The notes: generated from the sequence alone by a model not told the origin. A stretch of DNA of 64,000 nt from Bacillota bacterium (GCA_011048995.1 DSCS01000018.1:138724-202723); one strand, 5' to 3'. Shown: positions 8,168 to 18,227, counted from the first letter of the stretch. A program made the numbers and translations.

Positions 8168-10092
8168 AAAAGAGTTATTATATTACGACACCCCTCTATT
8201 ATGTTAACAGCAAACCTCATGTAGGAAGCGCTTATACCACTATCGTCGCTGACTGTCTGGCCCGGTACAAACGCATGGCCGGCTACGATGTCTTTTACCT
8301 GACGGGTACAGATGAGCATGGGCTGAAAATCTATCAGGCAGCCCGGGAGAAAGGGCGCGACGTCAAAGAATTTGTGGATGAAGTCGCTCAGCAGTTTGTG
8401 GATATCTGGAAAAAACTGGATATCAGGTATGATTATTTTATAAGGACAACAGATGCCGATCATGAGCGTTCTGTTCAGGCCTTCTTTCAAAGGCTCATGG
8501 ATAAAGGTGATATCTATAAAGGTCATTATGAAGGATGGTACTGTGTCCACGATGAAAGATACTTTACGAAAAAGGAGCTTTTGGAGGGGAAGCTCTGTCC
8601 CGAATGCAAACGTTCTGTTCAATGGATACGGGAAGAGAACTATTTTTTCAAACTGTCCAAATATCAAAAGGAGCTTGTCCGCTATTATGAAGAGAATCCG
8701 GGATTCGTCGCTCCGGATTTCAGAAGAAATGAGATGCTGCAGCGCCTGAAAAGCGAGCCGCTGGAAGACCTGAGCGTCAGCCGGAGTTCTTTCCCTTGGG
8801 GTGTGACCATGCCCGGCGATGATAAGCATGTGATCTATGTTTGGTTTGACGCATTGCTGAACTATATTACAGCCCTGGGTTACGGAAAAGAAGATGACAG
8901 GGCTTTTCATAAGTATTGGCCCGCCAATGTCCATTTTATCGGAAAAGAGATCAATTGGTTCCATTCTGTCATCTGGCCGGCGATGCTGCTGGCAGCCGAT
9001 GTCCCTTTGCCTAAAAAAGTCTTTGCCCACGGCTGGCTGACTGTGGACGGAGAGAAGATCTCCAAATCCATGGGTAATGCCATCGATCCGGTGGCCATTG
9101 CAGAAGAATATTCTCTTGATGCCTTGAAATACTATATGCTTCGTGATATCAAATTCGGCCGGGACGGGGATTTTTCAAGTGAAAACCTCAAAAAACGCTT
9201 TAACTATGATCTGGCAAATGATTTAGGTAATTTAGTGAGCCGCACTGTCCAAATGATCCTTCAATACCGCAACGGGGCGGTCCCCCAACCTTCAGTCCCG
9301 TATACTGAAGAGGACAAGGCCCTGCAAGCGATGGCCGGGAATCTTTTTGAGACGGTAAACACCTTTATTGAGGAGTTTGATTTTACCGAAGCCCTTGAAT
9401 CGGTCTGGAAATTTATCCGCCGTACGAACAAGTACATTGATGAGACTGAACCCTGGAAGCTGGCCAAAGCCGGGGACAAACAGCGACTGGATAATGTTTT
9501 ATTCCATTTGGCTGAATCCCTGCGCTTTGCAGCATTTCTGATCGCTCCTTTTATGGAGGAGACGGCCCTGAAAATCCTTGGCCAATTGGGGTGGGATTCC
9601 CGAACGGAATTGCAAAAAGGTTTTGACGGCCTGAAATGGGGAGAGGCTAAAGGGAATAAAGTCTCCAAAGGCGAGATTCTTTTTCCTCGCAAAGAGAGCG
9701 AAGGGAAAAAGGACAAAGCGGTTCCCCGGGCAAATAAAGAAAAACAGATGCCGGAAGGACTCGCTTCGATTGCCTATGATGATTTTGCAAAAGTCTCTCT
9801 TCGCATCGGAAGGATCACAGAGGCTGATGAGATAAAAGGAGCCGATAAACTTTATGCTCTGAAGGTCTCTCTGGGTGAGGAGACCCGCACAATTGCCGCA
9901 GGGATCAAGGCCTGGTATACCAAAGAAGAACTTGTGGGGAAATACGTGGTTATTGTCGCCAATTTGGAACCCCGGAAACTCCGGGGTATCGAATCTCAGG
10001 GTATGCTTTTAGCCGCGTCCACGGAAAAAGGGCTTTCGCTTGTGACATTGGACCGGCCGGAAGAAATATTCAAGGGAGCCGTTGTCCGATGA
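8164..10092 (+). CDS. metG: Methionyl-tRNA synthetase with C-terminal tRNA-binding (EMAP-like) domain
   Basis: HVGSAYT (HIGH-class), KISKSMGN (KMSKS), Zn knuckle CPEC, C-terminal OB-fold tRNA-binding domain. Confidence 0.95.
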   Translation: MKKSYYITTPLYYVNSKPHVGSAYTTIVADCLARYKRMAGYDVFYLTGTDEHGLKIYQAAREKGRDVKEFVDEVAQQFVDIWKKLDIRYDYFIRTTDADHERSVQAFFQRLMDKGDIYKGHYEGWYCVHDERYFTKKELLEGKLCPECKRSVQWIREENYFFKLSKYQKELVRYYEENPGFVAPDFRRNEMLQRLKSEPLEDLSVSRSSFPWGVTMPGDDKHVIYVWFDALLNYITALGYGKEDDRAFHKYWPANVHFIGKEINWFHSVIWPAMLLAADVPLPKKVFAHGWLTVDGEKISKSMGNAIDPVAIAEEYSLDALKYYMLRDIKFGRDGDFSSENLKKRFNYDLANDLGNLVSRTVQMILQYRNGAVPQPSVPYTEEDKALQAMAGNLFETVNTFIEEFDFTEALESVWKFIRRTNKYIDETEPWKLAKAGDKQRLDNVLFHLAESLRFAAFLIAPFMEETALKILGQLGWDSRTELQKGFDGLKWGEAKGNKVSKGEILFPRKESEGKKDKAVPRANKEKQMPEGLASIAYDDFAKVSLRIGRITEADEIKGADKLYALKVSLGEETRTIAAGIKAWYTKEELVGKYVVIVANLEPRKLRGIESQGMLLAASTEKGLSLVTLDRPEEIFKGAVVR

Positions 10093-10105
10093 AGGGATGT
10101 GAGTT

Positions 10106-10723
10106 TTGAGCCTCTATACATTTTTGAAAGCGGGAGGGGTGTGGAGTTACCCTCTTCTGCTTCTTTCAGTTCTTGTTTTTGCAGCGATTTTAGAACGCCT
10201 CTTTTTCCATGTCCTTTTGCTGAGAGGCGCGGCGCGTTTTAACGGCAAAGAGGCCGCTTTGTATATGAGAAAACACGGGAACCTTGACGGATATACTCCC
10301 AAAGGGCGTATCCTGGATGAGATCCGGGAAAATGCCACAGAACTTTCATTTTTTCATTATGAAACGGCCCGCGAGATCGTGTCCCGGTATCAGGGCCTTT
10401 CTCAAAAGCGCATGGGGTTGCTTAGCTTTGCCGTGACCACAGCTCCTCTCTTAGGCATATTAGGGACGATCAGCGGCATCATTTCGTCCTTTTGGGCTTT
10501 GGGGGCGTTCACTCTGGAAAAAAAAGAACTGTTGACAGCCGGCATATCGGAGGCTTTGCTGACTACGGCTGCCGGGCTGACCATTGCCATTGTGACACTG
10601 GCCTTTACGGCTCTTATCAAGTGGATGCAAAAAGAAATATTTTCTCCTTACGGGACTTTGTTGAGAATGATGCAAGCCCTTGTCTGCGACAAAGCTTCAG
10701 GCCCATTCTTCCGGAATGAATAA
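10106..10723 (+). CDS. MotA/TolQ/ExbB proton-channel family protein (no adjacent TolR/ExbD partner)
   Basis: 205 aa, 3 TM, conserved C-terminal ...ILGTISGI...LLTTAAGLTIAIVTLAF block of the TolQ/ExbB family. Confidence 0.75.
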   Translation: MSLYTFLKAGGVWSYPLLLLSVLVFAAILERLFFHVLLLRGAARFNGKEAALYMRKHGNLDGYTPKGRILDEIRENATELSFFHYETAREIVSRYQGLSQKRMGLLSFAVTTAPLLGILGTISGIISSFWALGAFTLEKKELLTAGISEALLTTAAGLTIAIVTLAFTALIKWMQKEIFSPYGTLLRMMQALVCDKASGPFFRNE

Positions 10724-10755
10724 TACCCGCCGGCGTTTTTTAGCTCCTCTCCACG

Positions 10756-11124
10756 TTGATTGCAATTGAAGGAGAATCCGTTCTCTGTTATACTCAAGCC
10801 ATGAGTTGCCGGACGACCCTTTATTTGATTCTTATTCTTTATGTTCTTGTCTCATGGCTTATTGTCCGCCTGATTTTTAAAAAAAAGAGGGGGGAGACTC
10901 TCTATGAAAAGATCGTCTTTCATATCTTTCAAATGGGATGTGTCTTTTCTTTGGCTTTTTTCATTTTACTGGTGACTCTCAAAGCCATCTATTCCAATCT
11001 TCCGCTGATGAATTTTGACTCTATGAAAATCATCATTGTAGGCATGTTGATCGTATCGCTTTCGTTGGTAGCCCTTTCTTATATTAATTACAAGACATTA
11101 AAGCAGCTGGGGGCCAAAAAATGA
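10756..11124 (+). CDS. Small hydrophobic membrane protein, unknown function
   Basis: ORF with 3 predicted TM segments. The true start may be the internal Met at 10801. No recognisable family. Confidence 0.35.
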   Translation: MIAIEGESVLCYTQAMSCRTTLYLILILYVLVSWLIVRLIFKKKRGETLYEKIVFHIFQMGCVFSLAFFILLVTLKAIYSNLPLMNFDSMKIIIVGMLIVSLSLVALSYINYKTLKQLGAKK

Positions 11125-11675
11125 GGCTTTTTGTGGCTATTCCCGCTGAAGATTCTTTTTTAGACAGAATCCGTCCTTTTCTGAAACAGTGGAAAAAAGA
11201 ATGGAAAGAAGTCAAGTGGGTTCCGGAAACACAGCTACATCTCACACTCAAGTTTTTGGGCGAGACGAAGGACCATGAGCCTGTCTGTGAGGCTTTATCC
11301 GCTCTTGCGGTTTCTCCGTTTGAGGCCCGGCTTTCCCCGGAGCCGTTATTCTGGGGGAGGGGAGCCTTCGCTTCGGTTATTGCTCTGGAACTGGAGGATC
11401 CGGTTTTGCCGTTTCTTTCTCAAGAGATCCAAAAAGCTCTCTTGCCCTGCGGTTTTGAAACGGAACGTCGCCCCTTCAAACCGCATCTTACTGTGGGGCG
11501 GATAAAGTTTCCCGTGACAAAAAAGGAGGCCCGCGAACACCTCAGCAAGCCGCTGCCTCAAGAGAACATTCTTTATCCCTGCCGTTCGATAACACTTTTT
11601 GAAAGCCGTTTGACGCCTGAAGGCCCCCGTTATACCAGCCGAAAAGAATTTCCTTTGAAAGGGACTCGCGGATGA
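11121..11675 (+). CDS. thpR: RNA 2',3'-cyclic phosphodiesterase (2H family, LigT/ThpR)
   Basis: Two HxT motifs (HLTLKF and HLTVGR), about 180 aa. Confidence 0.8.
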   Translation: MRLFVAIPAEDSFLDRIRPFLKQWKKEWKEVKWVPETQLHLTLKFLGETKDHEPVCEALSALAVSPFEARLSPEPLFWGRGAFASVIALELEDPVLPFLSQEIQKALLPCGFETERRPFKPHLTVGRIKFPVTKKEAREHLSKPLPQENILYPCRSITLFESRLTPEGPRYTSRKEFPLKGTRG

Positions 11676-13585
11676 ACATATTTGACGTCATTGACACTGT
11701 GCCCATTCACCAAAGAGAATTAAACATCTGTTTTAAGCAGCCCCTGCCGGGATTTCCCGATCCTGTGCGTAAAGGAAGTGTGTCCACCTATCCTGTTTAT
11801 CTGGATGCCCGCCTTGTCACTGCCCTCCATCGGCTTGCCGATCATCTCTTTCGCTCTTATCAGGATGAGAAATATCGTTTCAAATTCGAATTCCGGGCGG
11901 TCAAAAGAAATGACGGAGACCTTTCTTCTGTACAGGAATATGATTACAGAAGAGAACTTTACAAAGTGATTGAGAATATTTTGCATCATGATGACCGGGG
12001 GAAGTATCTGAACCTCTTCTTTACAGCGTTAAGCACTGTTTTTTCGGTGTATGTCAAACGGCAATACGGGAAAGAAGAGGCCATCTGGCTGATGAATAAT
12101 ATCATCTATGATATTCACCGGCAGGTATTGAATAAAGCCTTTAAAGCGTTTGAATTAGAGTACTCCTTTCTTTACAAAAATAATTTTAGAGATATGAACC
12201 GGGAATTAATCGAATTTATCATCAGGGATCAATTGGCTTTTTTTGCACCTTCCCCTGCCTGCGGTCCGCAGAATTTCCTTTTTTCCCGGAGCAGTTCACG
12301 TGGTAATTCCCGTTTCCTTATCTCTTTAGAAGCTTTTCATCACATACGTGAGACCATGAAAAAGACTATATCCGCCATGGCAAAACAACCCCGCTATGAG
12401 ACTCTTTTCAACAGAAAAGGGCTGTCAAAAAGCGATATTGAAGCGGGCCATATTGACAATCTGGATGTCTTGAGCTTTATCTTGCGGAATGATACGTTGA
12501 TGTCCCTTCTTTTAAAGAACAGTTTTCTGAAAAGCGAACAGGAGAAGCTTCAGCTTTCGCTGCAGGAGATCCTCTATTTGTATGAGGATATCATCAAAGC
12601 CTCCAAGCGCTTTCTTATTCTGTCTTCTCTCAGGAAAAAGATCTATTTGGTCGACAACAGCCGGGATGTGGAAAAGATGAGTGACGAGTTCCAGAAAGGG
12701 GAATTGTTCTGGTTCTCCGAAAATCATAAAGTGCATCTGCAGATCGTTCCTGCGGCGGTCTTTTTTTTGGATATCAGGGATTTTTCGCAGCGCAGCAAAT
12801 TTTTGCATCCTGATGAGACGATCCGGCAGCTTCATCTCATCTTTGACCCCATTCCCGAGATATTCGGGCGGTTTAACGGCTATGTGGATAAAATCCTCGG
12901 AGACGGAGTGATGGGGGTCTTCAAAGAAGGGAATGATCCCCGCGCATACGCCTTGTCGGCTGTCCGCTCCGCCGTTCTCATCTACGAGCATTTTCTTTCA
13001 ATACGGAAAGAGACTGATTTCGATGATATCGGGATCGGGATTCATTTGGGGGATGTCTCCATGGCGCAGCTGGGACAGCTTACTCCTATCGGGGAGACAG
13101 TCAATATGGCCGCCCGGCTTTCCAGCTCTCAAAAAATCACTGAGGAGAAACGCTCGGGAGGCGTCAATGTCGTCCACGGCCCTTCATATATCATTGAGGA
13201 AAAAATAGAAAAAGAAACCAAAAGGGAGTTTTTTTTGAACCGGCGTGTGCTCGTGAGTGAAGCGGGAGAATTGTCCAATAAAGGGGTGGCTGTGAGCGGG
13301 GATGTCTTTGACTGTCTCAAGGATTACTGTCCTGTTGAAACAGTGGCCGTGGATGATGCGTATTGTTATCTTTATTATGACAGTGTCATTCAACGGAATA
13401 TCATCTTTTTCATGGCCGGGCGCGCTGAGTTGAAAGGATTTGACAAAAAAAGAGTCTTCGAATTGGTCTGGGACAATGATTCCGTAGCAGCGGTCAAAAA
13501 GAAAGGGAAAACAGACCGGACTGGCCCCATGCTGCAGGATTGGATAAAAAAGGGGAAAAGTGGACCTCAAAACGGTTCTCTATGA
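11672..13585 (+). CDS. Class III nucleotidyl cyclase domain protein with a large uncharacterised N-terminal region
   Basis: Residues ~360-490 carry the CHD-type cyclase motifs FFLDIRDFS (first metal Asp), LGDGVMGVF (second Asp) and GETVNMAARLSS (Asn/Arg transition-state residues). The N-terminal ~350 aa and C-terminal ~150 aa match nothing I recognise. No TM segment. Confidence 0.7.
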   Translation: MNIFDVIDTVPIHQRELNICFKQPLPGFPDPVRKGSVSTYPVYLDARLVTALHRLADHLFRSYQDEKYRFKFEFRAVKRNDGDLSSVQEYDYRRELYKVIENILHHDDRGKYLNLFFTALSTVFSVYVKRQYGKEEAIWLMNNIIYDIHRQVLNKAFKAFELEYSFLYKNNFRDMNRELIEFIIRDQLAFFAPSPACGPQNFLFSRSSSRGNSRFLISLEAFHHIRETMKKTISAMAKQPRYETLFNRKGLSKSDIEAGHIDNLDVLSFILRNDTLMSLLLKNSFLKSEQEKLQLSLQEILYLYEDIIKASKRFLILSSLRKKIYLVDNSRDVEKMSDEFQKGELFWFSENHKVHLQIVPAAVFFLDIRDFSQRSKFLHPDETIRQLHLIFDPIPEIFGRFNGYVDKILGDGVMGVFKEGNDPRAYALSAVRSAVLIYEHFLSIRKETDFDDIGIGIHLGDVSMAQLGQLTPIGETVNMAARLSSSQKITEEKRSGGVNVVHGPSYIIEEKIEKETKREFFLNRRVLVSEAGELSNKGVAVSGDVFDCLKDYCPVETVAVDDAYCYLYYDSVIQRNIIFFMAGRAELKGFDKKRVFELVWDNDSVAAVKKKGKTDRTGPMLQDWIKKGKSGPQNGSL

Positions 13586-14552
13586 GAAGGGGATTCTCTC
13601 TGTTTTAGATCAAAGGCGTCTTCCTCTGGAAGAAAAACGTGTGGTGCTGAATACGGTTCAGGCTGTCTATGAAGCGATCCGGGCGATGATTGTCCGGGGA
13701 GCTCCCCTTATCGGGATCACGGCGGCCTATGGAGCGGCCCTAAGTCTGAAGGAAGACAAAAAAACGTGGGAAAAGGACTTTTACAGAGACTTGGAATATT
13801 TGTCACAGGCCCGTCCCACAGCGATCAATCTGAAATGGGCCCTTCAACAGATGGAAAAGGCCTTCGAGACGGCAAAAGGACACGGACGGAAGGCCGCCTT
13901 TGAAGAACTGATCCGCGAAGCTTGCGCCCTTCGGGATGAAGATGCCCGGCTTTGCAGGAGAATAGGTGAGCATCTTCAGTCTTATATACGTGACGGGGGC
14001 TCTTATCTGACCCATTGTAATGCCGGAGCTTTGGCCACAGCAGCCTACGGAACGGCTTTGTCGGGCTTTTATGTCGCCCGTGAGCAGGGGAAAACTATTT
14101 TTGTCTGGGTAGATGAGACACGCCCGTGGCTTCAGGGGCTGCGTTTGACAAGCTGGGAACTCAGCAAGGGGAATATCCCCCATAAGATCATTGCTGATTC
14201 CGCGGCAGCCTTCCTGGTCTCTCGTCAAAAGGTCGATGCTGTTTTTGTGGGAGCTGACCGTATTGCCGCCAACGGCGACACAGCCAATAAGATCGGGACA
14301 TATGGATTGTCGCTTGCCTGCCGGGCCCATCATATTCCTTTTATCGTAGCCGCTCCGAAATCAACATTTGACCCTGATTGCCCCGACGGGGACGCTATCC
14401 CCATTGAAAAGAGGCCGGGAGGGGAAATACTGCAAATAAACGGAACGCCCCTGACTTTGTCTGACGAAGAAGGTTATAATCCGGCTTTTGACATCACTCC
14501 GTTCGCTCATATCACCGCCGTCATTACAGAGGAGGGGCCATGGATTCCTTAG
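13560..14552 (+). CDS. mtnA: Methylthioribose-1-phosphate isomerase / eIF-2B alpha-beta-delta-like
   Basis: LPLEEK...GAPLIGITAAYG and the C-terminal GADRIAANGD...ANKIGTY motif of the MtnA/e2B family. Confidence 0.8.
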   Translation: MDLKTVLYEKGILSVLDQRRLPLEEKRVVLNTVQAVYEAIRAMIVRGAPLIGITAAYGAALSLKEDKKTWEKDFYRDLEYLSQARPTAINLKWALQQMEKAFETAKGHGRKAAFEELIREACALRDEDARLCRRIGEHLQSYIRDGGSYLTHCNAGALATAAYGTALSGFYVAREQGKTIFVWVDETRPWLQGLRLTSWELSKGNIPHKIIADSAAAFLVSRQKVDAVFVGADRIAANGDTANKIGTYGLSLACRAHHIPFIVAAPKSTFDPDCPDGDAIPIEKRPGGEILQINGTPLTLSDEEGYNPAFDITPFAHITAVITEEGPWIP

Positions 14553-15274
14553 CCCGTTCAGCCCGTCTCTTTTTCTCCGATGACCTTTCTCAGGGGCAGA
14601 GAACTGTTGACATAACCGGAGTCGAGTTCAGCCACCTCCGTGTACTCCGTCCCAAAGCGGGAGACACCGTCGCCTTGACTGACGGACAGGGGAATATGGC
14701 CCTCGGCCGGATAAACGCTGTCGGTAAAGAACACGCGGCTGTTGATATCATTGAAAAAGAAACGATTCCTCCTCCGCAGGTCCATACGGCACTTGCTTTT
14801 GCCCCTACAAAAAGGGATAAATGGGAATGGTTGGTGGAAAAAGCCACGGAAAACGGTGTTCTCTCCTTTATCCCCCTTTTGACCCGTAGAAATATCGAGT
14901 TTGCGCGTGATTTCGAAAGGAAAAGGGAGCGTTTTGAGCGTATTGTCCGGGGTGCGGTCAAACAATCCAAAAGAGCCTGGCTGCCGAAGATCCACGCTCC
15001 CGTGTCTTTGAATAAAGAGATTGATTTCTTTGAGAAGTTCGATACCATAGCTCTGATGCACCCTCATGGGCAGCCGCTTGACGCTCTGGCCTTTCACGGG
15101 CGTAAAGAGATCGTTATAGCCGTAGGGCCTGAGGGGGGCTGGGATGACAGTGAGATCACGGCTTTCAGAAAACATGATGCCCTGATGTTCCATCTGGGGC
15201 CTTATATTTTAAAGACAGAGACAGCGGCGCTTAAAGCGGCGATACTGATCCAGTACTTAAGCGGTGGGGGATGA
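14540..15274 (+). CDS. rsmE: 16S rRNA (uracil1498-N3)-methyltransferase
   Basis: RsmE PUA-like N-terminus and the C-terminal motif AVKQSKRAWLP...GPEGGW. Confidence 0.8.
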   Translation: MDSLARSARLFFSDDLSQGQRTVDITGVEFSHLRVLRPKAGDTVALTDGQGNMALGRINAVGKEHAAVDIIEKETIPPPQVHTALAFAPTKRDKWEWLVEKATENGVLSFIPLLTRRNIEFARDFERKRERFERIVRGAVKQSKRAWLPKIHAPVSLNKEIDFFEKFDTIALMHPHGQPLDALAFHGRKEIVIAVGPEGGWDDSEITAFRKHDALMFHLGPYILKTETAALKAAILIQYLSGGG

Positions 15275-16455
15275 GAAAATACGCTCTTATCACTTTCGGG
15301 TGTAAAGTCAATCAATATGAATCGCAGAAAATCGCAGCTTCGCTGAGCCCGGATGCATTCTGTCCGGTCGATGATTGGCATGAAGCAGATATTATCATCG
15401 TCAACTCCTGTGTGGTGACTCAAAAAAGCGAAACAAAAAACAGACGCCTGATACGGAAAATGAAAAGAGAAAATCCCGATGCTTTTCTTGTTGCAGTCGG
15501 ATGCCTGGCTGAAATGGGGCCTGTGGAAGGGGCGGACAGAGTCGTAGGGAGCCGGGACAAAGTCGAAAAGATCCTTGAACTTTTTCATGCCGGCCCCGTA
15601 AGACTTTTGGACTCTTTCGGCGAAAAGACACGCGCTTTTATTAAGATCCAGGACGGCTGCAATCAGTTTTGTTCCTATTGCATTATTCCCTATACCAGAG
15701 GACGGGAGTCTTATGTTCCCGTCGAAAAGATCAAAAGGGAAGCGCAATCTATAATACGGAACGGATATCGTGAGATCGTGTTGACCGGCATCCATTTGGG
15801 ACGGCACCCGGAATTGACGGGGTTAGTGGAAATGATAGCCGAATTGCCGGGGTTGGACCGGCTGCGTCTTTCTTCTATTGAGATCATAGAAATCAAATCC
15901 GAACTTTTGACTTTGATGCGGGATCATCCCAAGGTCATGGGGCATCTGCACATACCACTTCAAAGCGGAAGCGGCAGGATTTTAGAAGCCATGAACAGGC
16001 CCTATTCAGAAGCGCAGATGTATGCGAAGCTGGATGAGATCAGAGCCTTTTTGCCTTCAGGGGGGCTGACAACGGATATGATCGCAGGTTTCCCCGGAGA
16101 GAGGACGGAAGACCGAGAACAATCGGCTCATGTGATCCGGGAGTATGCCTTTCACAGAGTTCATCTCTTCCCGTTCTCGCCACGTCCCGGCACGAAGGCG
16201 GCTTTATTAGCCGGGCACCTGATAAGAGAAGAAATGGATGAGGCTTTGGCACTGATCAAAAAGGCGGAAGAAGAAGGTAAAGCGGCTTTTGTCCGAAGAT
16301 GGTCGGGGAATGACACATCCGTTTTAGTGGAAGAAAAGACAAAAAAGGGACTCTTTGAGGGCTACACACCTGAGTATTTACGTGTTAGAATAGCACAGAA
16401 CTGCGAGTTGAACACCATTGTCCCCGTAACCCTGTCGGGAGACATGATCCTATAG
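15271..16455 (+). CDS. mtaB: tRNA threonylcarbamoyladenosine methylthiotransferase MtaB (radical SAM MTTase)
   Basis: N-terminal MTTase Cys (FGCKVN, NSCVV, GCLAE), radical-SAM CNQFCSYC, TRAM-like C-terminus. Confidence 0.85.
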   Translation: MRKYALITFGCKVNQYESQKIAASLSPDAFCPVDDWHEADIIIVNSCVVTQKSETKNRRLIRKMKRENPDAFLVAVGCLAEMGPVEGADRVVGSRDKVEKILELFHAGPVRLLDSFGEKTRAFIKIQDGCNQFCSYCIIPYTRGRESYVPVEKIKREAQSIIRNGYREIVLTGIHLGRHPELTGLVEMIAELPGLDRLRLSSIEIIEIKSELLTLMRDHPKVMGHLHIPLQSGSGRILEAMNRPYSEAQMYAKLDEIRAFLPSGGLTTDMIAGFPGERTEDREQSAHVIREYAFHRVHLFPFSPRPGTKAALLAGHLIREEMDEALALIKKAEEEGKAAFVRRWSGNDTSVLVEEKTKKGLFEGYTPEYLRVRIAQNCELNTIVPVTLSGDMIL

Positions 16456-16476
16456 GATAAGGGAAGGGAGAGATCC

Positions 16477-16737
16477 ATGGAGAAGAGTATTCCGTTAGAC
16501 GGCAGTAATGAATTTTATTCCACCCGGCTTCGGGCCGGAAGGAGAACTTATTTTTTTAACGTAAAAATGACAAAAAAGGGCGAAAAGTATATGGTCCTCA
16601 ACGAGATCCGCAAGAAAGACGATGAAACCGTCGAGCGGACGCGTATTATGATCTTTGAAGAAGACATTTACGGGTTTTTCAATAAGTTTAAAGAGACTTT
16701 TGATGTGATGACCGGCTCTGAAAAAAAAGGAGAATAG
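16477..16737 (+). CDS. DUF3276/PUR-alpha-like small nucleic-acid-binding protein
   Basis: 86 aa with the motif YSTRLRAGRRTYFFNVKMTKKGEKYMVLNE characteristic of the DUF3276/PurA-like repeat, as far as I recall. Confidence 0.5.
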   Translation: MEKSIPLDGSNEFYSTRLRAGRRTYFFNVKMTKKGEKYMVLNEIRKKDDETVERTRIMIFEEDIYGFFNKFKETFDVMTGSEKKGE

Positions 16738-16739
16738 GG

Positions 16740-17186
16740 ATGTCTCTGCAAGAACGCCTGCAAAACGATTTAAAGGAATCGATGAAGCAGAAAGATGAGC
16801 TGCGGACTTTGACATTACGGATGATTCTTTCTGAGATCCGTTATGCGCGCATAGAGAAAAAACAAGATTTATCCGACCCTGACGTCCAGGCGTTGATCTC
16901 CAAAAGCATTAAAAAACATCAGGATTCCATAGAGATGTACACAAAGGGGAACCGGGAGGATCTGGCCGCCCGTGAAGAAGATGAGAAAAATATCCTTCTC
17001 TCTTATCTGCCCGAACAGTTATCTGAGGAGAAGATCGAAGCTTTGGTGAGAGAGACCGTTCAAAAGACCCAGGCTTCCGGACTTCGGGATATGGGGAAGG
17101 TCATGCAGGCTTTGATGCCTCTTGTCAAGGGAAAAGCCGACGGGAAATTGGTCAGTACTGTCGTACAAAGACTTTTAGGTGAGTAG
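16740..17186 (+). CDS. yqeY: GatB/YqeY domain protein
   Basis: N-terminal MSLQERLQNDLKESMKQKDELRTLTLRMILSEI matches the YqeY family. 148 aa. Confidence 0.8.
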   Translation: MSLQERLQNDLKESMKQKDELRTLTLRMILSEIRYARIEKKQDLSDPDVQALISKSIKKHQDSIEMYTKGNREDLAAREEDEKNILLSYLPEQLSEEKIEALVRETVQKTQASGLRDMGKVMQALMPLVKGKADGKLVSTVVQRLLGE

Positions 17187-17194
17187 GGGGAAAC

Positions 17195-18166
17195 ATGCGT
17201 GTCGTCTCAGGAGTAAAACCCAGCGGAAAGATGCATGCCGGCAATTATCTCGGCGCTGTTAAGCACTTTATTCAATTTCAGAATAAAGCGGACGATTCTT
17301 TTATCTTTGTGGCGAACTATCATGTGTTAAATACCTATCCTGACCCTGAGTCCCTGCGAAAAGGGACTGTGGATATTCTTTTGGATTATCTGGCGCTGGG
17401 CCTGGATCCGGAAAAAACGACTCTTTTTCTTCAATCTTCAGTTCCCCAAATCACAGAACTTACTTTCATACTCTCCAACTACACTCCCATGGGATTACTG
17501 GAGAGGGCTCACGCTTACAAAGATGCCCTGGCAAAGGATAAAAATGTCAATCATGGCCTTTTTACTTATCCTGTCCTTATGGCGGCCGATATTTTAGCTT
17601 ACAGGGCCGATGTGGTCCCTGTGGGGAAAGATCAGAAGCAGCACATTGAGATCACCCGTGATATTGCCCTGAGATTCAACAATCGTCACGGAGACATCCT
17701 GACCATTCCGGATGCCCGCATCGAAGAGTCCATGGCCGTTATACCGGGGACAGACGGACGGAAAATGAGTAAAAGCTATCAGAACACCATAGAGATCTTT
17801 GCTTCACCCAAACAAATGAAAAAGCAGATCATGAATATTGTCACGGATTCCACGCCTATGGAAGAACCTTTGGATCCGGGATGCTGCAATGTCTTTGCTC
17901 TCTACCGTTATTTTGCCACACCGGAGGAATGCGCAGAGATGAAAGAGAAGTACGCCTCTCCTGTATTCGGTTACGGCCATGCCAAGCTGGCTCTTTTTGA
18001 AAAGATGAATTCTTATTTTGAGCCTTTCAGGGAAAAACGTGAGGCTTTGGCCCGTGATGAAGACCTTCTCCGGGATATCCTTTGCAACGGGGCAGCGAAA
18101 GCATGCGAAGAAGCGCAGAAGACATTGGCCGATGTCCGCCGGGCGGCAGGGATTATTGAGATTTAA
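17195..18166 (+). CDS. trpS: Tryptophanyl-tRNA synthetase
   Basis: Class I motifs GVKPSGKMHAGNY (HIGH-like) and KMSKS. 323 aa. Confidence 0.95.
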   Translation: MRVVSGVKPSGKMHAGNYLGAVKHFIQFQNKADDSFIFVANYHVLNTYPDPESLRKGTVDILLDYLALGLDPEKTTLFLQSSVPQITELTFILSNYTPMGLLERAHAYKDALAKDKNVNHGLFTYPVLMAADILAYRADVVPVGKDQKQHIEITRDIALRFNNRHGDILTIPDARIEESMAVIPGTDGRKMSKSYQNTIEIFASPKQMKKQIMNIVTDSTPMEEPLDPGCCNVFALYRYFATPEECAEMKEKYASPVFGYGHAKLALFEKMNSYFEPFREKREALARDEDLLRDILCNGAAKACEEAQKTLADVRRAAGIIEI

Positions 18167-18227
18167 GTTGTTTATAGGCCGGTAAGCCGGAAAAAATTTT
18201 CAAAAACATCTGAAACCGGCATAAACC

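Noticed and set aside
13560-14552. Whether this is true MtnA or an eIF-2B-like paralog without a methionine salvage role
   Set aside because: This cannot be resolved from sequence by eye. No other mtn genes are in the window, so it is annotated at family level only.
18170-18200. Terminator after trpS (GGCCGG..GCCGG then an A/T run)
   Set aside because: The stem is only 4-5 bp with palindromic CCGG, and the T-run is interrupted. It is too weak to call.
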